Positions 38,815-48,310 of a DNA stretch of 64,000 bases are shown one piece after another. Source of the DNA: Candidatus Tepidifontimicrobium thermophilum (GTDB lineage: Bacteria; Sysuimicrobiota; Sysuimicrobiia; Sysuimicrobiales; Sysuimicrobiaceae); contig JAVKHO010000003.1 of the NCBI GenBank assembly GCA_031459915.1, forward strand, positions 32,001 through 96,000, read 5' to 3'. The notes under the pieces were generated by a model that saw only the letters and a program-made list of their open reading frames with translations, made no database searches and was not told the DNA's origin. Position numbers and translations under genes: made by a program. Every line of letters begins with the position of its first letter. Position 1 is the stretch's first letter.

Positions 38815-39959
38815 GATTCCACCTCCTCTTCCAGGCCCAGCTCCCGGAGCACCGCACGGGTATGTTGGCCCAGCTCCGGCACCGGGCCCAGCGTCGGCTC
38901 CTCGTCCGGCAGCGCGAACGGTGGCAGCAGGGCCAGCAGGGGACCCACGGGCGAGGAGACCTGCCGCCAGCGGCTTCGCGCCCGCAGCTGCGGGTGGTCC
39001 AGCAGCCCCTGCACCGTCCGCATCTCCGCGTACGCCACATCCGCGGCCTCTAGCCGCCCCGCCACCTCCTCCGTGGTGTGCTGCTTGAAGACGGCGAGGA
39101 TCGCCTCCTCCAGCTCGGCGCGGTGCGCCAGGCGGTCGGGGTTGGTGGCAAAACGGGGATCCTCGGCGAGCTGGGGCTCCTCCAGCACCTGATGGCAGAA
39201 CCGGGCCCACTCGCGTTCGTTCTGGATGGCCAGGAAGATCACGCCGTCCCGGGTGGGGAACGGCCCGTAGGGCGCGATGGTGGCGTGGTGGGCGCCCGTT
39301 CGGGCTGGGGCCTGCCCGCCGTACGCCGTGTAGTACATGGGGTATCCCATCCACTCCGCAAGGGCTTCCAGCAGGGAGACCTCCAGCAGGGCGCCCAGTC
39401 CCGTGCGCTCCCGGCGGTACAGGGCCGCGAGGATCCCGCTGAACGCGTACATGCCGGCGGCAATGTCCGCCACGGAGATCCCGACCTTCACCGGCTCCTG
39501 CGGCGTACCCGTGATGGACATCAGGCCCGACTCCGCCTGCACCAGCAGGTCGTACGCCCTGCGGTCCCGGTACGGCCCGGTACGGCCGTAGCCGGAGATG
39601 CTGCACACCACCAGGTGCGGGTAGCGGCGGTGTACCGCCTCGGGCGCGAAGCCCAGCCGGTCCAGGGCGCCGGGGCTCAGGTTCTGCACGAAGACGTCCG
39701 CCCGCGCCAGCAGGCGTTCCAGCACCCCCCGGCCCCGTTCCGTCTTGAGGTCCAACACCACGGACTCTTTCGAGCGGTTCAGCCAGACGAAGTGGCTGGA
39801 CCAGCCGCGCACCGAGCGATCGTAGCGGCGCGCGAAGTCGCCCTCCGGCCGCTCCACCTTGATAACCCGGGCCCCCAGGTCCGCCAGCTGTCGGGTGGCG
39901 AAGGGGGCGGCCACCGCCTGCTCCAGGCTGACCACGGTGATCCCGACAAGCGCGCGCAT
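38811..39959 (-). CDS. Family III CoA-transferase (itaconate CoA-transferase-like)
   Basis: GITVVSLEQAVAAPFATRQLADLGARVIKVERP, SHFVWLNRSKES, ADIAAGMYA. Confidence 0.9.
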   Translation of the reverse strand: MRALVGITVVSLEQAVAAPFATRQLADLGARVIKVERPEGDFARRYDRSVRGWSSHFVWLNRSKESVVLDLKTERGRGVLERLLARADVFVQNLSPGALDRLGFAPEAVHRRYPHLVVCSISGYGRTGPYRDRRAYDLLVQAESGLMSITGTPQEPVKVGISVADIAAGMYAFSGILAALYRRERTGLGALLEVSLLEALAEWMGYPMYYTAYGGQAPARTGAHHATIAPYGPFPTRDGVIFLAIQNEREWARFCHQVLEEPQLAEDPRFATNPDRLAHRAELEEAILAVFKQHTTEEVAGRLEAADVAYAEMRTVQGLLDHPQLRARSRWRQVSSPVGPLLALLPPFALPDEEPTLGPVPELGQHTRAVLRELGLEEEVES

Positions 39960-41116
39960 CAGTAGGACCGGGGCAGGCCCAGCACCTGGTGGGCCAGGTA
40001 CGCGAGGACCAGGTTGGTGGACACCGGAGCGACCTGGTACAGACGGGTTTCCCGGAACTTCCGCTCGATGGGGTACTCCCGGGCGAAGCCGTAGCCGCCG
40101 AACGTCTGGAGGGCCGCGTTGGCGGCCTCCCAGGAGGCTTCCGCGGCCAGCAGCTTGGCCATGTTGGCTTCAGGGCCACAGGGCAGGCCCGCGTCGTACA
40201 GCTCCGCGGCGCGGAACCGCATCAGGTCCGCGGCCCGCACCCGCGCGTACGCCTGCGCCAAGGGGAACTGGATGCCCTGGTTCTGCCCGATGGGTCGGCC
40301 AAACACCCGGCGCTCTCTCGCGTACGCGGTCGCGCGGTCCAGAAAGTAGTCCCCGTCACCGATGCACTCCGCCGCGATGAGGATGCGCTCCACGTTCATG
40401 CCGTCGAGGATGCACCGGAACCCCTGGCCCTCCTCCCCGATCCGGTCCTCCAGGGGTACCTCCAGGTCCTCCAGGAACACCTCCGCGGTGGGGTGGTTGA
40501 TCATGGTGCGGATGGGCCGCACGTGGAGGGTCTTCCCCAGGTTAGCCCGCAGGTCCACCAGGAACAGGGATAGACCCTCCCCGCGGCGCCGCACTTGCTC
40601 GGGAGGGGTCGTGCGGGCCAGCAGCAGCATCAGGTCGGACTGCTCCACCCGGCTGGTCCACACCTTCTGTCCGGAGATCACGTAGCGGTCTCCGCGTCGG
40701 ACCGCCGTGGTGCGGATGCTGGGGGTGTCGGAGCCTGCCTCCGGCTCGGTGACCGCGAAAGCCTGCAGCCGCAGTTCCCCGCGGGCGATGCGGGGTAGGT
40801 AACGCTGCTTCTGTTCCGGAGTCCCGTGGCGCAGGAGGGCTCCCATGACGTACATCTGCGCGTGGCAGGCCGCGGCGTTGCCGCCGGAGCGGTGGACTTC
40901 TTCCAGGATCACGGAGGCCTCCGCCACCCCCAACCCCGCACCCCCGTACTCGGGTGGGATTAAGGCGGCCAGGTACCCCGCGTCGGTCATGGCCCGGACG
41001 AACGCTTCCGGGTACGCACCCTGTTCGTCCAGCTCCCGCCAGTAGCTGTCGGGGAAGCGGGCGCACAGCTTGCGCACCCCGTCGCGGAGGTCGCGGTACG
41101 GGTCAAGACCGGGCAT
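39959..41116 (-). CDS. Acyl-CoA dehydrogenase
   Basis: LIP.EYGG.G, AFAVTEPEAGSD, GQKVWTS, R.VFGRPIG.NQ, FGGYGF..EY.IER..RE. Confidence 0.93.
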   Translation of the reverse strand: MPGLDPYRDLRDGVRKLCARFPDSYWRELDEQGAYPEAFVRAMTDAGYLAALIPPEYGGAGLGVAEASVILEEVHRSGGNAAACHAQMYVMGALLRHGTPEQKQRYLPRIARGELRLQAFAVTEPEAGSDTPSIRTTAVRRGDRYVISGQKVWTSRVEQSDLMLLLARTTPPEQVRRRGEGLSLFLVDLRANLGKTLHVRPIRTMINHPTAEVFLEDLEVPLEDRIGEEGQGFRCILDGMNVERILIAAECIGDGDYFLDRATAYARERRVFGRPIGQNQGIQFPLAQAYARVRAADLMRFRAAELYDAGLPCGPEANMAKLLAAEASWEAANAALQTFGGYGFAREYPIERKFRETRLYQVAPVSTNLVLAYLAHQVLGLPRSY

Positions 41117-41657
41117 ACGACTGCGAGGCGACCGCGTACAGGTCCCCGCCGTGGGCGTCGTTGACCACCACGGCGGGGAACTCCCGGAACTCCAGCTCCC
41201 AGACGGCCTCCGTCCCCAGCTCCTGGTAGGCCGCGGGATGGGCCCGGACGATGTGCCGGGCCAGCAGCGCCGCCGCTCCGCCCACCGTGGCGAGGTAGAC
41301 GGCCCGGCAGCGCACGAGCGCCTCCTTCACCTCTTGGGATCGCGTGCCTTTCCCCACCGTCGCTTTGAGGCCCCGCTCGAGGAGCGGAACTGTGAACGGG
41401 TCCATGCGGCCGCTGGTGGTCGGCCCGGCAGGCCCCACGGCCCACCCTGCCTTTGCGGGAGCCGGGCCCACGTAGTACAGGACCTGGCCCTCTACGGGAA
41501 TCGGGAGCGCTTCGCCTCTGAGCAGAGCCTCTGCCATGCGCTGGTGGGCCGCGTCCCGGGCTCCGTACACGACACCGGACAGGTACACCCAATCACCGGC
41601 GCGCAGGCGGACTACGTCCTCCTCTCGCAGCGGCGTGCGGAGGTGCCACTCCCTCAC
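41103..41657 (-). CDS. Fe-S hydro-lyase (class I fumarase/tartrate dehydratase) beta subunit
   Basis: ARDAAH.R, YYVGP, GPTTS.RM, GKG, DAHGGDLY. Confidence 0.92.
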   Translation of the reverse strand: MREWHLRTPLREEDVVRLRAGDWVYLSGVVYGARDAAHQRMAEALLRGEALPIPVEGQVLYYVGPAPAKAGWAVGPAGPTTSGRMDPFTVPLLERGLKATVGKGTRSQEVKEALVRCRAVYLATVGGAAALLARHIVRAHPAAYQELGTEAVWELEFREFPAVVVNDAHGGDLYAVASQSYARS

Positions 41658-42496
41658 AGTACCACCTCCGCCCGGCGGGGCGCGGAGCAGTTCAGGTTCA
41701 CAGCCACAGGCAGGGCCGCGATGTGGGTCGGGGAGCTCTCCACGTGGACCGCGAGCGCGGTAAAGCGACCTCCCAGGCCCTGGGGCCCCAAGCCGGTAGC
41801 GTTGATGGCCTCCAGGAGTTCCCGCTCCAACCGCGCTAGGTGCGGCTTGGGGTTCGGGACCCCAAGGGGCCGCAGCAGGGCCTTCTTGGCCAGCAGGGCG
41901 ACCCCGTCGAAGGAGCTGCCGAGCCCCACCCCCACGATCACGGGAGGGCACGCGTTGGGGCCCGCCCGCCGCACCACCTCCACCACGAAGCGCTTCACTT
42001 CTGTCTCGCCCGCGGTGGCTGGGAGCATGCGCAGGGCACTGGTCATCTCCGCGCCGAACCCCTTCACCAGCGCGGCGATGCGCACCCGGTCTCCGGGCAC
42101 GATCTCGTAGTGCACCACCGGAGGGGTGTTGTCTCCGGTGTTCTCCCGGAGCAGGGGGTCCCGGACCACGGACTTGCGAAAGCCGCGGTACGCCTCCCGG
42201 ACCGCTTCTTCCAGGGCCTCCGCCAGCGACCCGTCGGTGAGGTGGACGTCCTGGCCGACCTGCACGAAGAAGACGGGGATGCCCGTGTCCTGACAGGTGG
42301 CGACTCCTTCCCGCTCCGCCAGCTCCGCGTTTTCCAGCAGCATGCGCAGCATCCGCCGTCCGAGGGGCGATTCTTCGCGGGCCTCGGCTTCCCGCAGCGC
42401 CTCCAGATAGTCCGGGGGCAGTCGGGTGACCGAGTCCCGCAGGAGGGCCGCCACCGCCTCCCGCACCTCACCCACGGGCAGCCGTCGGGGCGCCAC
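41654..42496 (-). CDS. Fe-S hydro-lyase (class I fumarase/tartrate dehydratase) alpha subunit
   Basis: CQDTG, NTGDNTP, ACPP..VGVGLG, GPQGLGG, HIA.LPVAVN.NC; GTG 42496 chosen from promoter geometry. Confidence 0.9.
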   Translation of the reverse strand: MAPRRLPVGEVREAVAALLRDSVTRLPPDYLEALREAEAREESPLGRRMLRMLLENAELAEREGVATCQDTGIPVFFVQVGQDVHLTDGSLAEALEEAVREAYRGFRKSVVRDPLLRENTGDNTPPVVHYEIVPGDRVRIAALVKGFGAEMTSALRMLPATAGETEVKRFVVEVVRRAGPNACPPVIVGVGLGSSFDGVALLAKKALLRPLGVPNPKPHLARLERELLEAINATGLGPQGLGGRFTALAVHVESSPTHIAALPVAVNLNCSAPRRAEVVL

Positions 42497-42497
42497 G

Positions 42498-42531
42498 TTG
42501 TCAAGGTATTCGGTATACGGTAAACTGTCAA
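42498..42531. promoter_or_regulatory. Overlapping divergent sigma70-type promoters with a probable GntR operator
   Basis: + strand TTGTCA-17-TAAACT; - strand TTGACA-17-TACCTT; central GTATAC motif. Confidence 0.7.
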
Positions 42532-42539
42532 CTCGAACC

Positions 42540-43241
42540 ATGGCGACCCCTCTGCCCGCGGTGGAACGGGTACGGCTGGACGAGCAGGTGTACCGCGCCC
42601 TACGCCGGGCCATCGTTCGGGGGGAGTTGGTACCGGGGCAGCGGCTGGTCCAGGAGGAGCTGGCGGGCCGGCTGGGGACCAGCCGCTTGCCCGTGCGGGA
42701 CGCCCTGCGTCAGCTGGAGCGGGACGGCCTGGTGGAAGCGGACGGCCGCGGCACGTACCACGTGGTGCGGTGGGGTCCTGAAGAGGTGGCCCGGCTGTAC
42801 GAGGTCCGGCTGTTGCTGGAGCCGCCAGCGACCGCTCGGGCCGCAGGCCGGCTGCGCCCGGACGAACTGTCGGAACTCCGGCACCTCCACGGGGTGCTGG
42901 AGGAGGCGGCCCGTACGGGGGACACGGATGCGTTCGTGGAGTACAACCAGCAGTTCCACTTCTCCATCTACCGCGCGTGCGGCAACCCGCGGCTGGTGCG
43001 GGCCATCGAGGCGGTGTGGTCCGGGCTAGCACCCCTGGCGGCTCTGGCGTTGCCTGAGCAGCTCCCCCGGTTGGTGCGGGACCACGCGGAGATCCTCCGT
43101 CACCTGGAAGCGCGGTCCGGGAGGGGCGCGGGCGCCGCCATGCGCCGACACGTGCGGCAGGCAGGGGAAGTCCTGGTGAGGTCCCTACGGTGCCGCCAAG
43201 GCGGGCCGGCAGGAGTCGGCTCGGGGTGGCGCGTACCGTAG
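42540..43241 (+). CDS. GntR family regulator (FCD domain)
   Basis: VY..LR.AI..G.L.PG.RL, SR.PVR.AL, LYEVR..LE, N.QFH, H..I. Confidence 0.92.
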   Translation: MATPLPAVERVRLDEQVYRALRRAIVRGELVPGQRLVQEELAGRLGTSRLPVRDALRQLERDGLVEADGRGTYHVVRWGPEEVARLYEVRLLLEPPATARAAGRLRPDELSELRHLHGVLEEAARTGDTDAFVEYNQQFHFSIYRACGNPRLVRAIEAVWSGLAPLAALALPEQLPRLVRDHAEILRHLEARSGRGAGAAMRRHVRQAGEVLVRSLRCRQGGPAGVGSGWRVP

Positions 43242-43273
43242 GATAGCCGGACAACCGGAAAGGGGGGAGTCGC

Positions 43274-44254
43274 GTGAAGCGGTGGGTCGTTCGCTGTGTG
43301 GGGGCTGCGTTGGCCCTGGCCCTCGCGGTCCCCGTTTGGGCTCAGGCCCGGGCCAACTGGCCGCGGAATATTACCATCGGCTCCGCTTCCATTGGCGGAG
43401 TGTACTACGTGGTGGCAGGGGGCTACGCCAAGGTGATCCAGGAGAAACTGGGGATCCCGGCCTCCAACCGGGTCACCGGTGGGCCCGTGCAGAACATCCA
43501 GCTCGTCCAGGCCAAGCAGATCGAGCTAGGACTCACCACCATGGGGCCCGCGTACGAAGGCTTGCGGGGCATTGGGTGGGCCCAGGGGACGCGCTACGAC
43601 GCGATCCGGTTCACTTGGCCCATGTACACGTCCTTCGCGCACTGGGTCACCCGGGCGGATAGCCCCATCCGGTCCGTGGCGGACCTGAACGGCCGTGTGG
43701 TGGACTTAGGCCCCCGGGGGGGCTCTGCGGAGTTCGTGGGGCACAAGGTCTTCTCCCTGTTCGGAATCCGGCCGGCCCGCATCGTGAACCTGTCTTTCGC
43801 CGAAGGGGCCAACGCCCTGCGGGACGGGCTGGTGGACGCGAACTTCGGGGTCATCGGGATCCCCGTGCCCGCATGGCTGGAGTTGTCCATCACACGGCCC
43901 GTGCGGTTCTTCGGGTTCACGCCGGAGCAGATCCAGCGGCTGACCGCAGAGTACCCCTACCTTGCCCCTGCTGCCATCCGGGCCAACGTGTACCGAGGCC
44001 AGGACTATGTCATCCGAACTGTCCAGATGTGGAACGCGGCCATCGTGCACAAGGACATGCCTGAGGACTTCGTGTACGAGCTGACGAAGGCCATGTTCGA
44101 CAACCGGGAGCTGCTGGAACAGGTACACCCCACGGGGGCGGAGACCCAGCCCGTCAACATCTACTACATCAACGCCCCCCTGCACCCGGGCGCCCTGCGG
44201 TACTACCGGGAGCGGGGCGTGCAGCTGCGCCCCGCGCACCAGCCGCCCCGCTAA
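43274..44254 (+). CDS. TAXI-family TRAP solute-binding protein
   Basis: Signal peptide, GS.S.GGVYY, TGG.V.N, PLHPGA.RYY.E. Confidence 0.92.
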   Translation: MKRWVVRCVGAALALALAVPVWAQARANWPRNITIGSASIGGVYYVVAGGYAKVIQEKLGIPASNRVTGGPVQNIQLVQAKQIELGLTTMGPAYEGLRGIGWAQGTRYDAIRFTWPMYTSFAHWVTRADSPIRSVADLNGRVVDLGPRGGSAEFVGHKVFSLFGIRPARIVNLSFAEGANALRDGLVDANFGVIGIPVPAWLELSITRPVRFFGFTPEQIQRLTAEYPYLAPAAIRANVYRGQDYVIRTVQMWNAAIVHKDMPEDFVYELTKAMFDNRELLEQVHPTGAETQPVNIYYINAPLHPGALRYYRERGVQLRPAHQPPR

Positions 44255-44293
44255 GGCCGACGGAAGGTCAACTTCTCGCCGGGGGAGACGGGG

Positions 44294-46396
44294 ATGGAGG
44301 CGCGCGGGGAGCCTGGAGCAGGGACCCTAACCGTCACCGAGGAGCAGCTGGGATCCACCGAGGAGCTCCGGGGAAGGCAGCTGTCGGGTCGGTGGTGGTT
44401 GCTGGCCCGCGTGGTGGGGGTGGCCATGGCCCTTTACCACGTGGCGGTGCTGGGCTTCTACTCCACCGACCCTCAGAAGATGTACGCCTTCCACCTGATG
44501 TTCGCGTCCCTGTTGGTGTTCCTGCTCCTGCCCGCCCGCAAGGGACAGGGGTCGGCGCCCCCCACCGCCTGGGACCTCCTCCTCGCCCTGGCCAGCGTGG
44601 GGGTGGTGGTCTACCAGCTGCTGTTCTTCTCGGAGCTGACGAACCGGGCAGGTGTGCTGCCCACCCTTGCGGACGTGGGAGTGGGCGTGTTGCTGTTGGT
44701 CGTCGTGGTGGAGATGGTTCGCCGGACCTCGGGCTGGGCCATGCCTATCCTGGGCGGGCTGTTCGTGCTGTACGCGTTCCTTGGCCCCTACCTGCCGAGC
44801 CTGTTCCGACACAATGGCTTCCCCTTCAGCACCACCATCTCGTTCCTGTTTAGCGACAACGGGATCTACAGCGCGCCCATCGCGGCCTCCGCACGGTACG
44901 TGTACCTGTTCATCCTGTTCGGGGCGTTCCTGGAGGCGTCGGGGATCGGGAAGTTCATCGTCAACCTGGGCCTGAGCCTGGCGGGCCACCGGCGGGGTGG
45001 CCCCGCCAAGGTATCCATCCTGACCAGCGCGCTGTTCGGCACCGCCTCGGGGTCCTCCGCGGCCAACGTGATGGTGGACGGCGTGATCAACGTGCCGTTG
45101 ATGAAGTCCACGGGGTTCCGCCCTTCGGTGGCGGGGGCCATCGAGGCGATGAACTCCACGGGCGGGCAGCTGGTCCCTCCCGTGATGGGGGCGGCGGCGT
45201 TCCTCATGGCAGACATCCTCGGGGTCCCCTACTCCCGAGTGGCCCTGTCGGCCCTGATCCCCGCGCTGCTGTACTACGTGGCGGCCTACTGGATGATCGA
45301 CTTCTACTCGGCCCGCAACGGGCTGCGGGGGTTGCCGCGGGACCGGCTGCCGAAGCTGGGCGCGGTGCTGGTCCAGCAGGGGTTCCTCCTGGGGCCACTC
45401 GCCCTCATCCTCGTCCTCATCATGGGGTTCGACCAGTCGCCCTTCCGGGCGGCCCTGTGGGGACTGGCCGCCACCGTGGTGGCCTCGTGGGCCGGACGCG
45501 GCGAGCGGGTGGCGCATCCGTGGGTGCTGCTGGCGGCGGTGGCGTACGGGGTAGCGAGCCGACTGGGCGCACCGTCCTTGTGGAGCTTTCTGGTCGGCTG
45601 CGCTGCCGTGGCCGGGGTGTACGCGTGGCGCCCGGAGGCCCGGGACGGCATCCGCCGCTTGGTGGACGCGCTGTATGACGGGTCCTGGAGGTCGGTGGAG
45701 ATCGCGGCCACCACCGCGGCGGCGGGCATGGTGGTGGGGATCCTGTCCCTTACGGGCCTGGGGGGTAAGCTGTCGCTGGCGCTGCTCACCCTCGCGGGCG
45801 GCAACGTCCTCCTCATGCTTGGGGTGGCCATGTTGGTGGCGCTGCTTCTGGGGATGGGGCTTCCCACCACGGCCGCCTACGCCATCATGGCCAGCACGCT
45901 CGCCCCGGCCCTGGTGCAGGCCGGGATTCCTCCCATGGCCGCGCACCTGTTCCTCTTCTACTTCGCGTGCCTGTCGGCGCTGACCCCGCCGGTGGCCCTG
46001 GCCAGCTTCGCGGCCGCCAGCCTTGCCCGGGCGCCCATGTGGGAGACGGGCTGGCAGTCGGTGCGCTTCGCACTGGCGGGCTTCATCGTGCCGTACATGT
46101 TCGTGTTCGGGCCCGCGCTGCTCATGCAGGGCCACTGGTACGAGGTGCTGTGGGCGGTCGTCACGGGAACGATCGGGACCCTGTGCCTGGGTGGTGCGGT
46201 GGTGGGCTACCTGCTCAGGCCGGCTGACCGGTTGGAACGCTTGCTTTTGTTCGGCGCCGCCCTGTTGCTCATCAAGCCCGGCCTCCTCACGGACACCGCG
46301 GGCTTTGGACTGCTGGCGGCGGTGGTGGCGCTGCAGCGCCTCCGGACCCCCGTGACGGTCCCCCAACCCGGGGGCGTAAGCACGGAACGCGTATGA
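44294..46396 (+). CDS. TRAP fused 4TM/12TM permease
   Basis: GGPAKV, SGSSAANV, STGGQL.PPVMGAAAF, GMGLPTTAAY, TPPVALA. Confidence 0.93.
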   Translation: MEARGEPGAGTLTVTEEQLGSTEELRGRQLSGRWWLLARVVGVAMALYHVAVLGFYSTDPQKMYAFHLMFASLLVFLLLPARKGQGSAPPTAWDLLLALASVGVVVYQLLFFSELTNRAGVLPTLADVGVGVLLLVVVVEMVRRTSGWAMPILGGLFVLYAFLGPYLPSLFRHNGFPFSTTISFLFSDNGIYSAPIAASARYVYLFILFGAFLEASGIGKFIVNLGLSLAGHRRGGPAKVSILTSALFGTASGSSAANVMVDGVINVPLMKSTGFRPSVAGAIEAMNSTGGQLVPPVMGAAAFLMADILGVPYSRVALSALIPALLYYVAAYWMIDFYSARNGLRGLPRDRLPKLGAVLVQQGFLLGPLALILVLIMGFDQSPFRAALWGLAATVVASWAGRGERVAHPWVLLAAVAYGVASRLGAPSLWSFLVGCAAVAGVYAWRPEARDGIRRLVDALYDGSWRSVEIAATTAAAGMVVGILSLTGLGGKLSLALLTLAGGNVLLMLGVAMLVALLLGMGLPTTAAYAIMASTLAPALVQAGIPPMAAHLFLFYFACLSALTPPVALASFAAASLARAPMWETGWQSVRFALAGFIVPYMFVFGPALLMQGHWYEVLWAVVTGTIGTLCLGGAVVGYLLRPADRLERLLLFGAALLLIKPGLLTDTAGFGLLAAVVALQRLRTPVTVPQPGGVSTERV

Positions 46397-47244
46397 GTCC
46401 CAGCCAGAGGCGGGACTGGCTGCGGCGGCGCCTGCAGGACGGCCCTGTCCTCGTGGCGCCGGGGGTCTTCGACGCGCTCTCTGCTCGCCTGGTGGAGGTC
46501 TGCGGGTTCGAAGCGGTCTATGCCAGCGGAGGTGCCATCGCCCGGACCCTCGGTTTCCCAGACCTGGGGCTGGTGAGCCTCTGCGAGGTGGCGGAGGTGC
46601 TGCGCCGCGTCTGCCGCGCGACCCGCCTCCCCGTGGTGGCTGACGCGGACACCGGCTACGGCGGGCTGCTCAACGTCCACCGGACGGTGCGGGAGTGGGA
46701 GGAAGCGGGCGCGGCGGCGCTGCACCTGGAAGACCAGACGCTTCCCAAGCGCTGCGGCCAGTACGAGGGGATCCGTCTGGTGTCGCCCGAGGAGATGGCC
46801 GCGCGGGTGCGCGCCGCCGTGGAGGCCCGTCGGGACGGTCTTGTGGTCATCGCCCGTACCGACGCCCGGGCCGTGGAGGGCCTGGAGGCGGCAGTCGGCC
46901 GCGCGAACGTCTACGCCGAGGCGGGGGCGGAAGCCCTATTCGTCCAGGGCCTGCGCAGCCTGGAGGAGGTGGCGGAGGTGGCCCACCGCCTGCGCAGGCC
47001 CCTGGCGGTCAACGTGCCGTCGGGAGCACGGTGGCGGCCGGACGAGCTCCAGGAAGCTGGGTGCCGCCTGGCCATCTACGCGGGCGAGCTGCAGCGCGCT
47101 GCCCTGGCAGCCGTGCGGAAGGTCGCGGAGCGGCTGCGGACGCAAGGGTTCGTGGACGCCGCGGATCTGGTGCCCGAGGACGAGCGGGACAGCTTGGTGG
47201 ACACGCACCTTTGGCGGGCCCTGGCAGACCGGTACGGAGGCTGA
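46393..47244 (+). CDS. Isocitrate lyase/PEP mutase family C-C lyase
   Basis: PGVFDALSA, G.PDLG, ADADTGYG, LEDQ..PKRCG, IARTDA. Confidence 0.9.
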   Translation: MSPSQRRDWLRRRLQDGPVLVAPGVFDALSARLVEVCGFEAVYASGGAIARTLGFPDLGLVSLCEVAEVLRRVCRATRLPVVADADTGYGGLLNVHRTVREWEEAGAAALHLEDQTLPKRCGQYEGIRLVSPEEMAARVRAAVEARRDGLVVIARTDARAVEGLEAAVGRANVYAEAGAEALFVQGLRSLEEVAEVAHRLRRPLAVNVPSGARWRPDELQEAGCRLAIYAGELQRAALAAVRKVAERLRTQGFVDAADLVPEDERDSLVDTHLWRALADRYGG

Positions 47245-47286
47245 GCCTGTAGGCCGTGGAGGAGGGTTTCTGGGGCATCCGGCTAA

Positions 47287-48279
47287 CTACCTGCCGATCC
47301 CCGCAGACGCCAGGGCTGCTGCCAGCTCCAGAGCCTGCCGCATCGGCCGTGGGTCCGCCAAGCCGGTACCCACGAGGTCGAAGGCGGTGCCGTGGGACGG
47401 TGTGGTCATGACGAACGGGTAGCCGACGCCCACGGACACGCCGCGATCGAAACCCAGCAGCTTCGTGGCGATCTGCGCCTGGTCGTGGTACAGGGCCACC
47501 ACCGCGTCCAGGGCACCCGACCGTGCGATACGGAAGATGTGGTCGGCGGGGTACGGACCGGAGACCGCCAGCCCCTCTTCCTGAGCTTTTCGGATGGCGG
47601 GGAGGAGGAGCCGCACCTCTTCGTCGCCCAGGGTCCCGCCCTCGCCCGCGTGAGGGTTGAGGGCAGCCACTCCCACCCGCGGCTGCTGGTTCCCTCCTTT
47701 CCGGGCCATACGGTGAGCAACCTGGATCGCCCGCAGCACCCGCTGTTCGTCCAGCAGAGAGGGGACTTCCCGGAGCGGCACGTGGGAAGTGGCGCGCGCC
47801 ACCCACAGCAGACCCGAACCCGCGGGGTGAGGGATCACGTTCGCCTCGTCGTGTTCCGCCACGCCGGCCAGGCGTGCCACGAGCTCGTACTCGTCCCTCA
47901 CCCCAAAGCCCGCTAGGCGCAGGGCTTGCTTGTTGAGGGGTGCGAACACCACGGCGTCCGCGAGGCCCGAAAGCGCCAGCTGCACCGCAGCCCGTAGCCA
48001 GGCGGCAGCTGTTCTCCCGGCCTCCGCGGACGCCCGACCCACTGCCCACCCCGCGACGGGTGGGTCCACCTGGAGGAACGGGACCGCACCCGGACGCCGA
48101 GCGGGACCGTCGGCTGGCGCCAGGGAGAGGTCGGTGCCGGCCACTTGGCAGGCCCGTGCCCAGACGTCCCGGTGCCCGATCACCACGTGCGGGCAGTCCA
48201 GGGGCTGCCCCAGTGCCTTTACCAGTACCTCGGGCCCGATCCCCGACGGGTCTCCCATAGCGATAGCAAGTCTTGCCAA
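47287..48279 (-). CDS. PdxA-family oxidative decarboxylase/dehydrogenase
   Basis: MGDPSGIGPE, APLNK, TSHVPL, LNPHAGE, YHDQ, HGTAFD; TTG start after GGAGG. Confidence 0.88.
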   Translation of the reverse strand: MARLAIAMGDPSGIGPEVLVKALGQPLDCPHVVIGHRDVWARACQVAGTDLSLAPADGPARRPGAVPFLQVDPPVAGWAVGRASAEAGRTAAAWLRAAVQLALSGLADAVVFAPLNKQALRLAGFGVRDEYELVARLAGVAEHDEANVIPHPAGSGLLWVARATSHVPLREVPSLLDEQRVLRAIQVAHRMARKGGNQQPRVGVAALNPHAGEGGTLGDEEVRLLLPAIRKAQEEGLAVSGPYPADHIFRIARSGALDAVVALYHDQAQIATKLLGFDRGVSVGVGYPFVMTTPSHGTAFDLVGTGLADPRPMRQALELAAALASAGIGR

Positions 48280-48310
48280 CCTCCCACCTCCGGCCGGCAG
48301 GAGTCCGGAC

